A stretch of DNA of 64,000 nt from Longimicrobiales bacterium (GCA_965198065.1 CBDAON010000004.1:704001-768000); one strand, 5' to 3'; positions 28,947-39,363 are shown, counted from the first letter of the stretch. The notes: a model not told the origin generated them from the letters alone. A program made the numbers and translations.

Positions 28947-29588
28947 TCAGTCCAGGCCCGCTCGGTACATCTGATACACCCGGCGAGCCTCCGGAGCGAG
29001 TGGATGGTTCGGGACCTCGACGATCAGGTCCTCTAGTAGCCGGACTCCCTCGGCCCTCCGGGCATCGATGCTCACGAGCCAGCGCGCGTGGCGGAGCGCG
29101 ATCTCGGGCCTCTGAGGCGCGTCCGGATGCTCCTGCAGGAAGCGCTCCCGAAGCTCGGCCGCCCGGAGAGGCTCCTCCGCCTCCGCCAGAACGGCCGCAA
29201 ACGCGAGGAACACCGGCCAGTCCTCGGCGGAGAGCTCCGGAAGCGCCTGGACGATCATCTCCGCGCCGGCGGAGCCACTGCCCACCGCGGCGAGCGCCGC
29301 AGCGCGGACCGCGAGCGCCCCGGCGTCGCGCTCCACCCGCTCCATGATCACGAGGACCTGGACCCAGAGCGTGGCCTCGTCCGCTTCCGCCGCCTCGGCG
29401 AGCGACAGGATCCCCTGGGTGGCAGCCGCGGGATCCCCACCCGGACCCAGCGCCTGGGCGATCTGCTCGGGCGAGAGCGCCGGCGTGTCCCCGCCCGACT
29501 GGGCCGAGGCGACGGCCGGCGAGGTGGTCGCGACCACGGCCGCTGCGAACACAGCGGCGGCGGCCCGGAGCGCGCTCGATGAGCTCAC
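28947..29588 (-). CDS. Secreted TPR-like helical protein
   Basis: Signal peptide; FLQEHPDA and EVPNHPLAPEARR repeats. Confidence 0.65.
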   Translation of the reverse strand: MSSSSALRAAAAVFAAAVVATTSPAVASAQSGGDTPALSPEQIAQALGPGGDPAAATQGILSLAEAAEADEATLWVQVLVIMERVERDAGALAVRAAALAAVGSGSAGAEMIVQALPELSAEDWPVFLAFAAVLAEAEEPLRAAELRERFLQEHPDAPQRPEIALRHARWLVSIDARRAEGVRLLEDLIVEVPNHPLAPEARRVYQMYRAGLD

Positions 29589-32500
29589 GGCCGTCCGTCC
29601 CCCCGTGCCCTGCGGCTGTTCACGCGCTCGAAATATTCGAGCACCAGGCGCCGCTGCGCCGGGGTCAGGGCCTCGAGCTCCTGGGCGGTGGGCAGCTGGA
29701 TCGCGCGTGCCTCGAGCAGGTACTCGGGAATCGGAGATACGAGCTGTCGTTCGAACACGCCCAAGCCGCGGGCCTCACGCTCCTCGGTGGGCTCGTCCCG
29801 CTCGAGGGTCCGGCCCGCGGAGAGCAGGAGCTCCAGGAATCGTCCCTGCCGCTCGAACGTCGTCCCGTCCAGCCTCTGGTTCCTGAGCTCTTCGGCGATC
29901 TGACGCGCCTCCTCGGAGAGGGCCTCGAAGTTCCCGGGAGCCCGCCCGGCCCCAGGCCGCCGTGCGAGCTCGCCCAGCCGACCTGCGATGATCTCCTGCG
30001 CATTCGCGAGCTGCTCCATCCGGGCCGTAGCACCGTCCTGCCCGGGATCCTGGCCGAGGGAGCTGGACCCACGGTTCACCGACTCCTGCGCGGCCGCGAG
30101 GTTCTCGAGCTCAGATCGGATCTGGTTCTCGGTGGCACCGGCCTGCCCCGCTTGGGCGCTCTGGGAGAGAGCCGCCAGCGCGCGGAGCGCGATCTCGTTC
30201 ATGGCGCGCTCGGCGCTCGCCACGGCTTGCTCGGACTGGGCAACCGCCGCGCGGCCGCTCCCGCGGAGCGTCTCGAGGGCCTGTTCCGTCTCCGCGATCG
30301 CCCGCCCGACGGCGTCCGAGAGGTCCCGACCGATGTCGGGCGCCTGGACGGTCGCCTGGGCGAGCTGGTTCGCGAGGTTCCGGAGCCCGTCCCGGAGCGC
30401 GGTCTCCTCTCCCTGGAACTCCGCCCTTCGGGCGGGCCCAGCGCTCGGAAGCTCGTTACCGAGATCCTCCTGCCTGCGCGCGAGGGTGAGTGCGTCCTGG
30501 GCGCCCCGACGGAGGCCCTCCTGGAGCTCTAGGTTCCACTCCTCCGTCATCCCGGTGCGCGCCTCCTCCATCATGTCGAGCGCGCCCGCCAACGCCTCGG
30601 CGGCTTCGGCCGCCCGGTCGCCCGCGGCCTGGGTGTCGCCCTGTGCAGTCTCCTCGATCCCCTGCTGCATCGCGTCCCGCGCCTGGCCGATGTCCTGACT
30701 GGCCTGGTCGGTCTGCTCGGCCACCTCGGGCTCCGCCTGGTCGCGGAGATCGTCTGCAATCTGGTCCAACTGCTGCTCCAACTCCTCCGCGCGACGGGCC
30801 AAATCCTGCTGCTGCTCGATTCCCTGCCCCATGCTCAGGCTGTCCACGAGCGCATCCTGCGTGTCCGAGAGGGTTCGGAGCTCCTCCTCGGCTCCCCGCA
30901 TTGCCTCCTCGAGGACGCTCCGTCGGAGACGATCGACCATCTGCTCGAGCCTCGACCGCATCTCCTGCTGACGCGCGCTCAGGTCTCCCGCCGCTTGGGC
31001 AAGCTCATCGGAGAGCTCCTCGCTCTGGAGCGCGTCGAGGAGCTCCTCGAGCTGCTCCACCGCTCCCGCACCGAGCACCTCCTCGAGCATCCTCGCCAGC
31101 TCCTCGATCCGTTCGGCGAGCTCGAGGTCGGTCTCGTCCTGGTCCCCAAGGCTTCGGACGGCCTCCGTGAGCTGCCCCTGGAGGGCCTGGATGTCGCGGG
31201 CGACCTCGACCTGCCGCTCGACCGCCTGTTGTACATCCTGCACCTCCTCGACCGGGGCGCCGGCCACGTCGGCCCCGCCCGGCTGGTCCTGGCCCAGGCG
31301 GGTCCTCCGCTCAAGGTCGCGGAGCTCCTGCTCCTCTTGCCGGGTCCGGTCGAGGAGCTCCTGCGCTCGGGCCGCGACCTCCTCCAGGCGGCCCCTGGCG
31401 ATGTCCCGGAGCTCGGACTCCTGTGGCATGCGGAGAACGTACGTCGCGCTCTCCGCCATATGAGGGCTCGGAGCGTTGTCCGCGACGCGCGCGCGCACGA
31501 CCACCTGCTCGCCCGGACGGATGGCCCACTGGGTGAAGTCGAGGGTGGGGTGGAGGATCACGCTCTGACGATCGGCCGTGGGAATGCGGTCCACGCTCCC
31601 CCCTTCGACCTCCACCCCCTCCACGTCCCGGAGCCGGGTCTCGATCTCGATCCACGAGACCCCGTAGTCGTCCACCGCCTCGAACTCGAGCGGGAGCCGG
31701 AGCGAGAGCGGGAGCTCTCCCCCCGTGCCGGGCTCGGGGAACGTGAGCGTGGGCGCCTCGTCCGGGATCACCTCCAGGTCGAGAGGCGGCGGGAGGAGGC
31801 CTCCCTCGACACCGCCTTCGACTACCCACTCCAGGAGCGCGGATCGACTGGCCGTAAGGTCACCCGCAAAGCGCCCGTCCTCGATGGGGAGGAGCACAGT
31901 CACGTCGGCTTGCTCATCCCGGAGAGACACGGTGACCGCGGCCCCACCCTGCATACCGCCCGTGAAGCGAAGGATCGTCCCCTCCGGGACGGCCAGGGCC
32001 TCCGGGGCCCCCCGAATCGACGCGGGGGGAAGACGCGTGTGCCCCGGATAGGTCAGCTCGACCAGGAGATCGGCGAGGAGAGACGGATCCGACGGCGTGA
32101 GCGTACGGGTCTCTGTACGGGCTCCGTCCGGGCTCGACGCCCAGTACGAGACGTCGGTCTCGAGCGGCGGGAGCGTGAGCGACGCGACGCTCCGCGACAC
32201 GCCGAGCGTACGGGCTTCCTCGACCTCTCCGATCGCCCGCCAGTGGACGGTCACCGAGTCGCGGCCCTCGGCCACGACCTCGACCAGCGGCTCCTCTCCC
32301 CGGGGCAGTCGGGCATCTCCGGGACGGAGCTCGAGAGGCGGAAGGGGCGGCCGAGCGAGGAGCTCGCGCGGGTGCGCGATACCGGCCCAGGCGGCGCGGG
32401 CACGATCTGGAGCCGCCAGGAAGAGCAGGAAGACGATCCCCAGACCGAGGGCGAGCCCCACGCCCGACGCTCGAACGAACCTCGATGCCCTCCGTCCGGG

Positions 32501-32926
32501 TTCGCCCACCAGACCCCCCGTCTCCACGCCAATCTGGCCTACAAGCGCGGATTCCCCTGCGCGCGCGAGCGACTCCGAAACCCCGGGGGGGAGCGCCCGG
32601 CTGAGCTCCGCCTGCGCCAGCACCGCTCCCTCCGGGAGTCGGGTAGTGCGCTCGATCTCGCTGGCGAGGCTCTCCTCGGCGGTCCAGCGATCCAGGGTCC
32701 AGGCCGTCCACGCCCCCAGCCCGAGCAACCCGGCCACGCCCCCCAAGAGGAGGATGAGGGGAAGGGTCGTGCCCGGCCGCCAGCCCTCCGGACCGGCCAG
32801 GATCCACGCGAAGACGAGCACCACCTGGGCCAGCGTGCACGAGGCCAGGGCCAGCGTGAGCACCAGCCGGATCCGCAGGTGCCGGCGGACGGCGTCGAGC
32901 AGAGCGTGCAGGGACACGGGGGTCAT
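29585..32926 (-). CDS. DUF4175-like membrane protein with long coiled-coil C-terminus
   Basis: Three TM segments, AVDDYGVS and RVADN motifs, Q/E-rich helical region. Confidence 0.75.
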   Translation of the reverse strand: MTPVSLHALLDAVRRHLRIRLVLTLALASCTLAQVVLVFAWILAGPEGWRPGTTLPLILLLGGVAGLLGLGAWTAWTLDRWTAEESLASEIERTTRLPEGAVLAQAELSRALPPGVSESLARAGESALVGQIGVETGGLVGEPGRRASRFVRASGVGLALGLGIVFLLFLAAPDRARAAWAGIAHPRELLARPPLPPLELRPGDARLPRGEEPLVEVVAEGRDSVTVHWRAIGEVEEARTLGVSRSVASLTLPPLETDVSYWASSPDGARTETRTLTPSDPSLLADLLVELTYPGHTRLPPASIRGAPEALAVPEGTILRFTGGMQGGAAVTVSLRDEQADVTVLLPIEDGRFAGDLTASRSALLEWVVEGGVEGGLLPPPLDLEVIPDEAPTLTFPEPGTGGELPLSLRLPLEFEAVDDYGVSWIEIETRLRDVEGVEVEGGSVDRIPTADRQSVILHPTLDFTQWAIRPGEQVVVRARVADNAPSPHMAESATYVLRMPQESELRDIARGRLEEVAARAQELLDRTRQEEQELRDLERRTRLGQDQPGGADVAGAPVEEVQDVQQAVERQVEVARDIQALQGQLTEAVRSLGDQDETDLELAERIEELARMLEEVLGAGAVEQLEELLDALQSEELSDELAQAAGDLSARQQEMRSRLEQMVDRLRRSVLEEAMRGAEEELRTLSDTQDALVDSLSMGQGIEQQQDLARRAEELEQQLDQIADDLRDQAEPEVAEQTDQASQDIGQARDAMQQGIEETAQGDTQAAGDRAAEAAEALAGALDMMEEARTGMTEEWNLELQEGLRRGAQDALTLARRQEDLGNELPSAGPARRAEFQGEETALRDGLRNLANQLAQATVQAPDIGRDLSDAVGRAIAETEQALETLRGSGRAAVAQSEQAVASAERAMNEIALRALAALSQSAQAGQAGATENQIRSELENLAAAQESVNRGSSSLGQDPGQDGATARMEQLANAQEIIAGRLGELARRPGAGRAPGNFEALSEEARQIAEELRNQRLDGTTFERQGRFLELLLSAGRTLERDEPTEEREARGLGVFERQLVSPIPEYLLEARAIQLPTAQELEALTPAQRRLVLEYFERVNSRRARGDGRP

Positions 32927-33624
32927 CGCGCGTTCCGGCTGATCGCGTACACGAAGAGGTTCACACCCATGCGAAGGGCCGCCTCACGGACGGACGGCGG
33001 ATCCCCATGAACCTCGGGGTCCTCCCACCCGTCCCCCAGGTCGCTTTCGAAGCTGTAGAACACGACGAGCCGCCCCTCATGAAAGATGCCGTACGCCTGC
33101 GGCGCTTCCCCGTCGTGCTCGTGGACCTTCGGGAGCCCCTCCGGAAGATCGTAGAACACGTGGAAGATCGGGTGATCCGGGGGGAGCTGGACCAGGGGCC
33201 GGTCGGGGAAGAGGAGTGCGACCTCACGCCGAAACGAGTCGTCCAGCCCGTAGTTGTCGTCCGCATGCAGAAACCCCCCGGCCTCGAGGTAGCTCCGGAG
33301 CGCGGCCCGCTCCTCCGACGAGAACGCCACGCTGCCGTGCCCCGTCATATAGAGGAACGGATAGTCCCTCACCGACGGGTCGAGCAGGGTGACCACGGCC
33401 TCGACTTCCGACACTGGGATCCCGGTCCGCTCCCTAATCGCGAAGAGGAGGTTCGGGATCGAGGAGGAGTTCGCGTACCAGTCGCCTCCCCCTCCGTACT
33501 GGAGCCGCGCGATCGTGAGCTCGACCTGCACGCTCGGACCTCGGTCGGAGAGGCCGCTCGCGGAGGCCACCATCCCACCGGTCGCGAACGCCAGGGCGCT
33601 CACGGCAACAGTCAGAGAGGGCAA
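32923..33624 (-). CDS. DUF4159 family protein
   Basis: ARLQYGGGGDWY, YPFLYMTGHG, GGFLHADDNYG, DLGDGWED. Confidence 0.85.
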   Translation of the reverse strand: MPSLTVAVSALAFATGGMVASASGLSDRGPSVQVELTIARLQYGGGGDWYANSSSIPNLLFAIRERTGIPVSEVEAVVTLLDPSVRDYPFLYMTGHGSVAFSSEERAALRSYLEAGGFLHADDNYGLDDSFRREVALLFPDRPLVQLPPDHPIFHVFYDLPEGLPKVHEHDGEAPQAYGIFHEGRLVVFYSFESDLGDGWEDPEVHGDPPSVREAALRMGVNLFVYAISRNAR

Positions 33625-33633
33625 CGGACGGGT

Positions 33634-34503
33634 CTACTCCGGCTCGGGGAGGCCTCGAGAGAGCTCCAAGAGCCAATCATACGCAACGTTCCTCGGGATT
33701 TCCAGCACGGAAGCGACCTCCCGGGCCGCCCGGCTGGGTGAGAGTCCACGCTCGAGGAGGGATCGGGCCAGCGCCTCCCCTTCTGCCCTAAGGCCGGCCG
33801 CATCGGACAGGCCCACTGCCGCGGGCGCGACGACCACCGTCACCTCGCCCCTGGGGGGCTCGTCCCCGTAGTAGCGAGCCAGCTCCGAGAGGGTTCCGCG
33901 CTGGAACTCCTCGTGGAGCTTGGTGAGCTCCCGAGCGACGGCCGCCCGCCGTTCGGCTCCGCACCGGGCCGCAAGATCCCGAAGGAGGGCGGGCGTCCGC
34001 CCCGGAGCCTCGAAGAGGACGACCGTCTCTCTCGACGATTGGACGCGGTCGAGGAACGTCTTCCGGTCGGAGCCCTTCCTGGGAACGAAGCCGAGGAACG
34101 AAAAGGGGGTGGTGGGAAGGCCCGATCCCACCAGGGCGTGGAGCACTGCGGACGGTCCGGGAATCGGGACGACCGCGTGCCCACCGTCGATCGCCTTTCG
34201 TACGAGGCGCTCTCCCGGATCCGACACGAGGGGTGTGCCGGCATCGGAGACGAGCGCCAGGGCCTTCCCCTCGCGGAGCCGTGAGAGCACCTCCTCTGTT
34301 CTGGCCTCCTCGTTGTGGGCGTAGAGGGAGAGCAGGGGAGTCGTAAGCTCGAAATGGTGGAGCAACTTTCGAGTGCGCCGAGTGTCCTCGGCGAGAATCG
34401 TGTCCACCTCGCCGAGGACCCGGCTCGCCCGCGGGGAGAGGTCCTCCAGATTCCCGACGGGCGTGCTGACCATATAGAGGGTTCCCAACTCCGCGCCCTT
34501 CAC
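33634..34503 (-). CDS. rsmI: 16S rRNA C1402 2'-O-methyltransferase
   Basis: TPVGNLED, AEDTR, SDAGTPLVSDPG, RELTKLHEE. Confidence 0.95.
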   Translation of the reverse strand: MKGAELGTLYMVSTPVGNLEDLSPRASRVLGEVDTILAEDTRRTRKLLHHFELTTPLLSLYAHNEEARTEEVLSRLREGKALALVSDAGTPLVSDPGERLVRKAIDGGHAVVPIPGPSAVLHALVGSGLPTTPFSFLGFVPRKGSDRKTFLDRVQSSRETVVLFEAPGRTPALLRDLAARCGAERRAAVARELTKLHEEFQRGTLSELARYYGDEPPRGEVTVVVAPAAVGLSDAAGLRAEGEALARSLLERGLSPSRAAREVASVLEIPRNVAYDWLLELSRGLPEPE

Positions 34504-34522
34504 TAGCCCGGAGCGGGCAGCG

Positions 34523-34858
34523 TCACAAGTGCTCCAAGAGCTTCTTCTCGAGGTACGGCTTCGGGACCGCACCTACGACGGTGTCCACATGCTCCCCGTT
34601 CTTGAAGAAGAGAATGGAGGGGATGGAACGGATTCCGAACCGGCTCGCCGTGCCCGGATTCTGATCCACGTCCACCTTCGCGACCACAACAGCGTGGTCC
34701 GCGTACTCCTGGGCCAGCTCCTCCACGAAGGGCCCCACGATCCGGCAGGGACCGCACCAGGCGGCCCAAAAATCAACGATCGCCACGCCGCTGGAGCCCT
34801 CGATCGTCGTCGTGAACGTATCGTCCGTTACCGTCAGGGTGCTCCCGCTCTGTGCCAT
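34523..34858 (-). CDS. trxA: Thioredoxin
   Basis: DFWAAWCGPC. Confidence 0.97.
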   Translation of the reverse strand: MAQSGSTLTVTDDTFTTTIEGSSGVAIVDFWAAWCGPCRIVGPFVEELAQEYADHAVVVAKVDVDQNPGTASRFGIRSIPSILFFKNGEHVDTVVGAVPKPYLEKKLLEHL

Positions 34859-34950
34859 GCTACCGCTCTCCTCGCTCTACATGATTCCCGGCTCTACCCG
34901 GCGGTGTGAAAGGAACTCCTGAGCTCGCCCCAGAGTTCCCGGAACGCTCC

Positions 34951-35457
34951 TCAGGCTGTGATCCGATCGAGCCCGACGCTCTCGACGAGCCACCGGCCGT
35001 CAGGGGTCTGCACGACCTCGAAGGGGACGTCCGCGTACCGGCTCGCGCCCCGGACCAGGTCCACCCCGATTCGCGTCGTCCGATTCGAGCGGCCCGGGAC
35101 GGGCGCCTCGGACCGCACGCGGTAATCGTCGTGGAGAAGGACCTCCGCGATGAGGCTCATTCGGATCTCGATCTCCGCCCGTGAGACGCACGGCCGCCCC
35201 CCACCGAACCAGGACCCGAGGCGCCGGAAGGGGCAGGACAGGAAGTTGCCCGTCTCGTCCGCGATCGGACCGTCGGCCGTGCCGAAGATGCGGGCCATGG
35301 CCTCCAGGTCGCCCGTGTTAGCCGCCTGGAGGAAGCGCTCGACCGAGAGTGTGGGCTGAACTCCCGCCATGCGGTCCAGCGCCGGCAGGGCGGTCTGGAC
35401 GCAGGCGGAGAGAGCGACCCCAAAGACTAGCGACGAAGCGAGAACCCGCACGGTCAT
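34951..35457 (-). CDS. Hypothetical lipoprotein
   Basis: Lipobox LSAC; VERFLQAA...GRWLVE, NTF2-like pattern. Confidence 0.65.
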   Translation of the reverse strand: MTVRVLASSLVFGVALSACVQTALPALDRMAGVQPTLSVERFLQAANTGDLEAMARIFGTADGPIADETGNFLSCPFRRLGSWFGGGRPCVSRAEIEIRMSLIAEVLLHDDYRVRSEAPVPGRSNRTTRIGVDLVRGASRYADVPFEVVQTPDGRWLVESVGLDRITA

Positions 35458-35564
35458 TCGGACCTCTGGGAAGCCGTCCACGCGAGCGATGAAGCGTCCA
35501 GCCCTCCAGAGGCGCCTCCGACCCGCCCGCACGCCCGGAAGTTTCGAGCCGCTTCCTCGACGCG

Positions 35565-37779
35565 TCAACCCACGGGCGCCGCGGAAAGCACCTGGAGCTC
35601 GAAGGGCCCCTCTCCATCCGCCGCGGGAGCTCCGACGACCCGCACGCGCGCCCCCTCACCGACGTCCTCCTCGAGCAGCCGGAGGGCCAGCGGGTTCTGG
35701 ATACGCTGCTGAATCACGCGCTTAAGGGGACGTGCCCCGAACATGGGGTCGTAGCCCTCCTCGGCGAGCGCGATCTTCACGTCGTCCTCCACCTCGAGCA
35801 CGACGCCGAGCTCCTCGGCAAGGCGGCGGACCCGCTCGAGCTGGAGGTTCACGATCTGACGGAGGTCGTCCCGGTCCAACGGGCGGAAGACCACCACGTC
35901 GTCCACCCGGTTCAGGAACTCGGGCCGGAAGTGCCGGCGCATCTCGCCCATCACCCGTTCCTCTACCTCCGACCACTCGGCCCGGGGACCCTGCTCCAGG
36001 ATGTACTGGCTCCCTATGTTCGAGGTCATGATGACAACGACGTTCCGGAAGTCGACCGTCCGTCCCTGGGAATCCGTGAGCCGGCCGTCGTCCAGGATCT
36101 GGAGGAGGAGGTTGAACACCTCCGGGTACGCCTTCTCGATCTCGTCGAAGAGCACCACGGAGTGCGGCCTCCGCCTCACCGCCTCGGTGAGCTGTCCCCC
36201 CTCCTCGTATCCGATGTAGCCGGGCGGGGCACCGATGAGCCGCGCCACCGCGTGCTTTTCCATGTACTCGGACATGTCGATCCTGACCATCGCGCGCTCG
36301 TCGTCGAACAGGAACTCGGAGAGCGCCCTCGCGGTCTCCGTCTTCCCCACTCCTGTGGGCCCGAGAAAGATGAACGACCCGACGGGGCGCGCCGGATCCT
36401 GGAGGCCGGCCCGCGCCCTCCGCACCGCGTTCGCCACGGCAGCCAGCGCCTCGGCCTGGCCCACGACGCGCTCCCCCAAGAGCCCCTCCAGGTGCGTGAG
36501 CCGCTGGCGCTCAGACTCCATCAGGCGCGAGACCGGAATGCCTGTCCACTCCGCCACCACCTCCGCAATGTCGTCCGCCGAGACCTCCTCTCTCAGGAAC
36601 TTCCCGTCGGCCTGGAGCTCCTCCAGACGCGCTTCGGACTGGGCGACCTCCGACTGCGCGCGGGGGATCTGCAGCGGACGTAACCATTACGGTGTCCTGA
36701 ATGGCGACCTCCGACTGCGCGCGGGGGATCTCCCCGTACTGGAGCTGCGCGGCTCGCTCGAGATCGCCCACCCGTGTGGCCCGCTCGGCCTCCGACTTAA
36801 GCTCGTCGATCCGTTCCTTCGAGGCCTGGATGCGGGAGATGACGTCCTTCTCGGCCTGCCACTTCGCCTTCATGCCCGAGCTCTTCTCGCGCAGCCCGGC
36901 GAGCTCCTCCTCGATGGCCTCCCGGCGCTCCAGTGCGGAGCGGTCCTCCTCTCGGGCGAGCGCCTGGCGCTCGATCTCGAGCTGTGTGATCCGGCGCTCG
37001 AACTCGTCGATCTCCTCCGGAAGCGATTCGATCTCGATCCGGAGCCGGCTCGCCGCCTCGTCCATGAGGTCGATCGCCTTGTCCGGGAGGAAGCGTCCCC
37101 CGATATAGCGGTCGGACAGCTTGGCCGCCGCGATGAGCGCCTCGTCCCGGATCCGCACCCCGTGGTGAACCTCGTAGCGCTCCTTGAGCCCGCGGAGGAT
37201 CGCGATCGCGTCCTCTACGGAGGAAGGAGCCACGAAGACCGGCTGAAATCGGCGCTCGAGGGCGGGGTCCTTCTCGACGTGCTTCCGGTACTCGTCGAGG
37301 GTGGTGGCGCCCACGAGGCGCAGCTCGCCCCGGGCCAGCATCGGCTTCAGCATGTTCCCGGCATCCACCGCGCCCTCGGCAGCCCCCGCGCCCACGATCG
37401 TGTGCATCTCGTCAATGAATACGACGAAACGACCCTCGGACTCGGTGATCTCCTTCAGGACCGCCTTCATGCGGTCCTCGAACTCGCCCCGGTATTTGGC
37501 TCCCGCCAGCATAGCGGAGATGTCGAGCTGGACGAGCCGCTTGTCCACGAGAGACGTCGGGATGTCGCGGGCCAGCGCGTCGGCGACCCTCCCCTGGAGG
37601 AGCGAGACCCGGAGCCCCGCCTTCTCCAGCACCGGGCCGACGATCCCTCCCTCCTGCTCGAGCAGGGCCTGGAGAAGATGCGCCCCCGACACCTCGGGGT
37701 GTCCGGCGTCCCCCGCGGACCGCGACGCGGCCTCGAGGGCTTGTCCCGCCTTGACGGTTAGACGATCGAGTGCAGCCAT
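35565..37779 (-). pseudogene. clpB: Chaperone ClpB, disrupted by a 61-bp insertion and an in-frame deletion in NBD1
   Basis: [28 protein letters not shown]-domain, [25 protein letters not shown]1 Walker A absent; frame breaks at ~36700. Confidence 0.92.
36642..36731. repeat. Perfect 29-bp direct repeat flanking a 32-bp unique insert (single repeat-spacer-repeat unit)
   Basis: GGCGACCTCCGACTGCGCGCGGGGGATCT at 36642-36670 and 36703-36731; insert GCAGCGGACGTAACCATTACGGTGTCCTGAAT. Confidence 0.95.
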
Positions 37780-37971
37780 CGGCGTGGGCGGCTCCTAATC
37801 GTGTGTTGCTATGCTGTGTTGCTCTCGCGTGTGTCTGGCGTGCTCCAGGCATTCAGGCACGGTGAACCCCGCTGGCCTGTCAATCCGGCAGGATCGCCAC
37901 GCCGAACCCACGGTCGTCCCAGATAGAAACACAAGAACCGTACCAGCCCCGCCGAGCCCCTCATCGAACGT

Positions 37972-39363
37972 TCACCTGCCGACAGTGACCCGCTTCAGCA
38001 GGGTACCCGCCGGAATCGTGTCGCCCGGCCGGAGCTGGTTGATCGTCTCCACCTGCTCGACCGGGATGGTGGAAGGGTAGCGCTCGTGGAACTCCTCGAG
38101 CGTCATGGCCTCGGGGGTCCGGACGAGCGTGATCCGGTCGGGCTGAATGTCCAGGATGGCCCGAACCGTGATGGGGCGAAACGACCCGAGCGCGGCGCGA
38201 AGGGCGGCCGCCCGGACCGTCCACCGCGCTCGCACTGCGAGCCCGAGGATCCGGTAGATCCGGCCTCGGTGCGCGAGGAAGACGGCCGTGCCATCCAGCG
38301 TTCCCTCCTCGGTCTGCGCGGAGAACTCGGTCCACGCAGCCGTGAGCCCGTTCACGGGCGTATCCCGGGAGCTGAGCCCGGTCACGCCGCCCCCGGCGAG
38401 GAAGCGCTCCCGGGCTTCCCGGGGGGAGGCGGCCTCCACGATCGCGAGCGCCAGGATCGCGTCCCTTTCGGGGCTCGCGGCCTGAACCGCGGAGGCCTCG
38501 TTCGTCCCGCCCCATCCCTCGGGGAAGTCCACCTGGAAGGCGAGCTCCGGGTGGATGAACGAGGCGCCCTCGAAGTATCCGTTCCGGGGGTTCGGGCCGA
38601 ACGGCATCCCCTCGAGGCGGCGGAGATAGCTCTCGCGCTCCACCGTCCCGCCCGGCTCGAAGGCCTCGGCCTGCTCGAGGATCCGGTCCCGTCTGGAGAG
38701 GGGGTCCGGGTGAGTGGACAGGAACCCAGGGAGCCGATCTCCGTCGCAGGCGCCGGAAGCCGCAGCGAGCATCTCGAAGGTGGCCGCCATTGCCCGGGAC
38801 TCGTACCCGAGCGCCGTCATGTACCTAAGACCCAGGTCGTCGGCCTGGCGCTCAGCGTCGCGGCCGTAGGAGAGGAAGAGGATCTGGAGCCCCGCCCCCG
38901 CGAGGTCCGCGTAGGGGGCCAGGTCGGGAGCCAGGATCGATCCCACGCCCAGCCCGATCTGGGCGAGCTGCGCCCGGCTCATCTGGGCGGCGCCGTGCCG
39001 CGCCGTGACGTGTCCGATCTCGTGGCCCACCACGCCCGCAAGCTCCGCCTCGGAGGAGAAGTGGGTGAGGATCCCGCGGGTCACGTAAACGAATCCGCCG
39101 GGAAGCGCGAACGCGTTCACGACGGGGTCGTCCACGACCCGGAAGGTCCACGGGAGGCCGGGACGCTCGGAGGCCCGGGCCATCCGGTTCCCCAGGTCCT
39201 GCACGTATTCCTGAAGCGCTGGGTCGTCCACGAGCCCCAGCGCGGGGACAATGTCCTCGTCCGCCTCCCGCCCCATCTGGATTTCCTGCGATTCGCTGAC
39301 GAGGATGAGCTGGCGGGAGCCCGTAGCCGGGTTCACCGCGCACCCGGTCGCCACCCCGATCAC
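37972..39363 (-). CDS. M48-family metalloprotease lipoprotein with C-terminal LysM-like segment (start uncertain, probably further upstream)
   Basis: GCAVNPATG, NAFALPGG, HEIGH, ERQAD, FLSTHP. Confidence 0.88.
   Translation of the reverse strand: MIGVATGCAVNPATGSRQLILVSESQEIQMGREADEDIVPALGLVDDPALQEYVQDLGNRMARASERPGLPWTFRVVDDPVVNAFALPGGFVYVTRGILTHFSSEAELAGVVGHEIGHVTARHGAAQMSRAQLAQIGLGVGSILAPDLAPYADLAGAGLQILFLSYGRDAERQADDLGLRYMTALGYESRAMAATFEMLAAASGACDGDRLPGFLSTHPDPLSRRDRILEQAEAFEPGGTVERESYLRRLEGMPFGPNPRNGYFEGASFIHPELAFQVDFPEGWGGTNEASAVQAASPERDAILALAIVEAASPREARERFLAGGGVTGLSSRDTPVNGLTAAWTEFSAQTEEGTLDGTAVFLAHRGRIYRILGLAVRARWTVRAAALRAALGSFRPITVRAILDIQPDRITLVRTPEAMTLEEFHERYPSTIPVEQVETINQLRPGDTIPAGTLLKRVTVGR

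Noticed and set aside
36642..36731. Canonical CRISPR array
   Set aside because: Only two repeats, the repeat is clpB coding sequence, and there is no leader or cas gene nearby; reported instead as a candidate ectopic integration.
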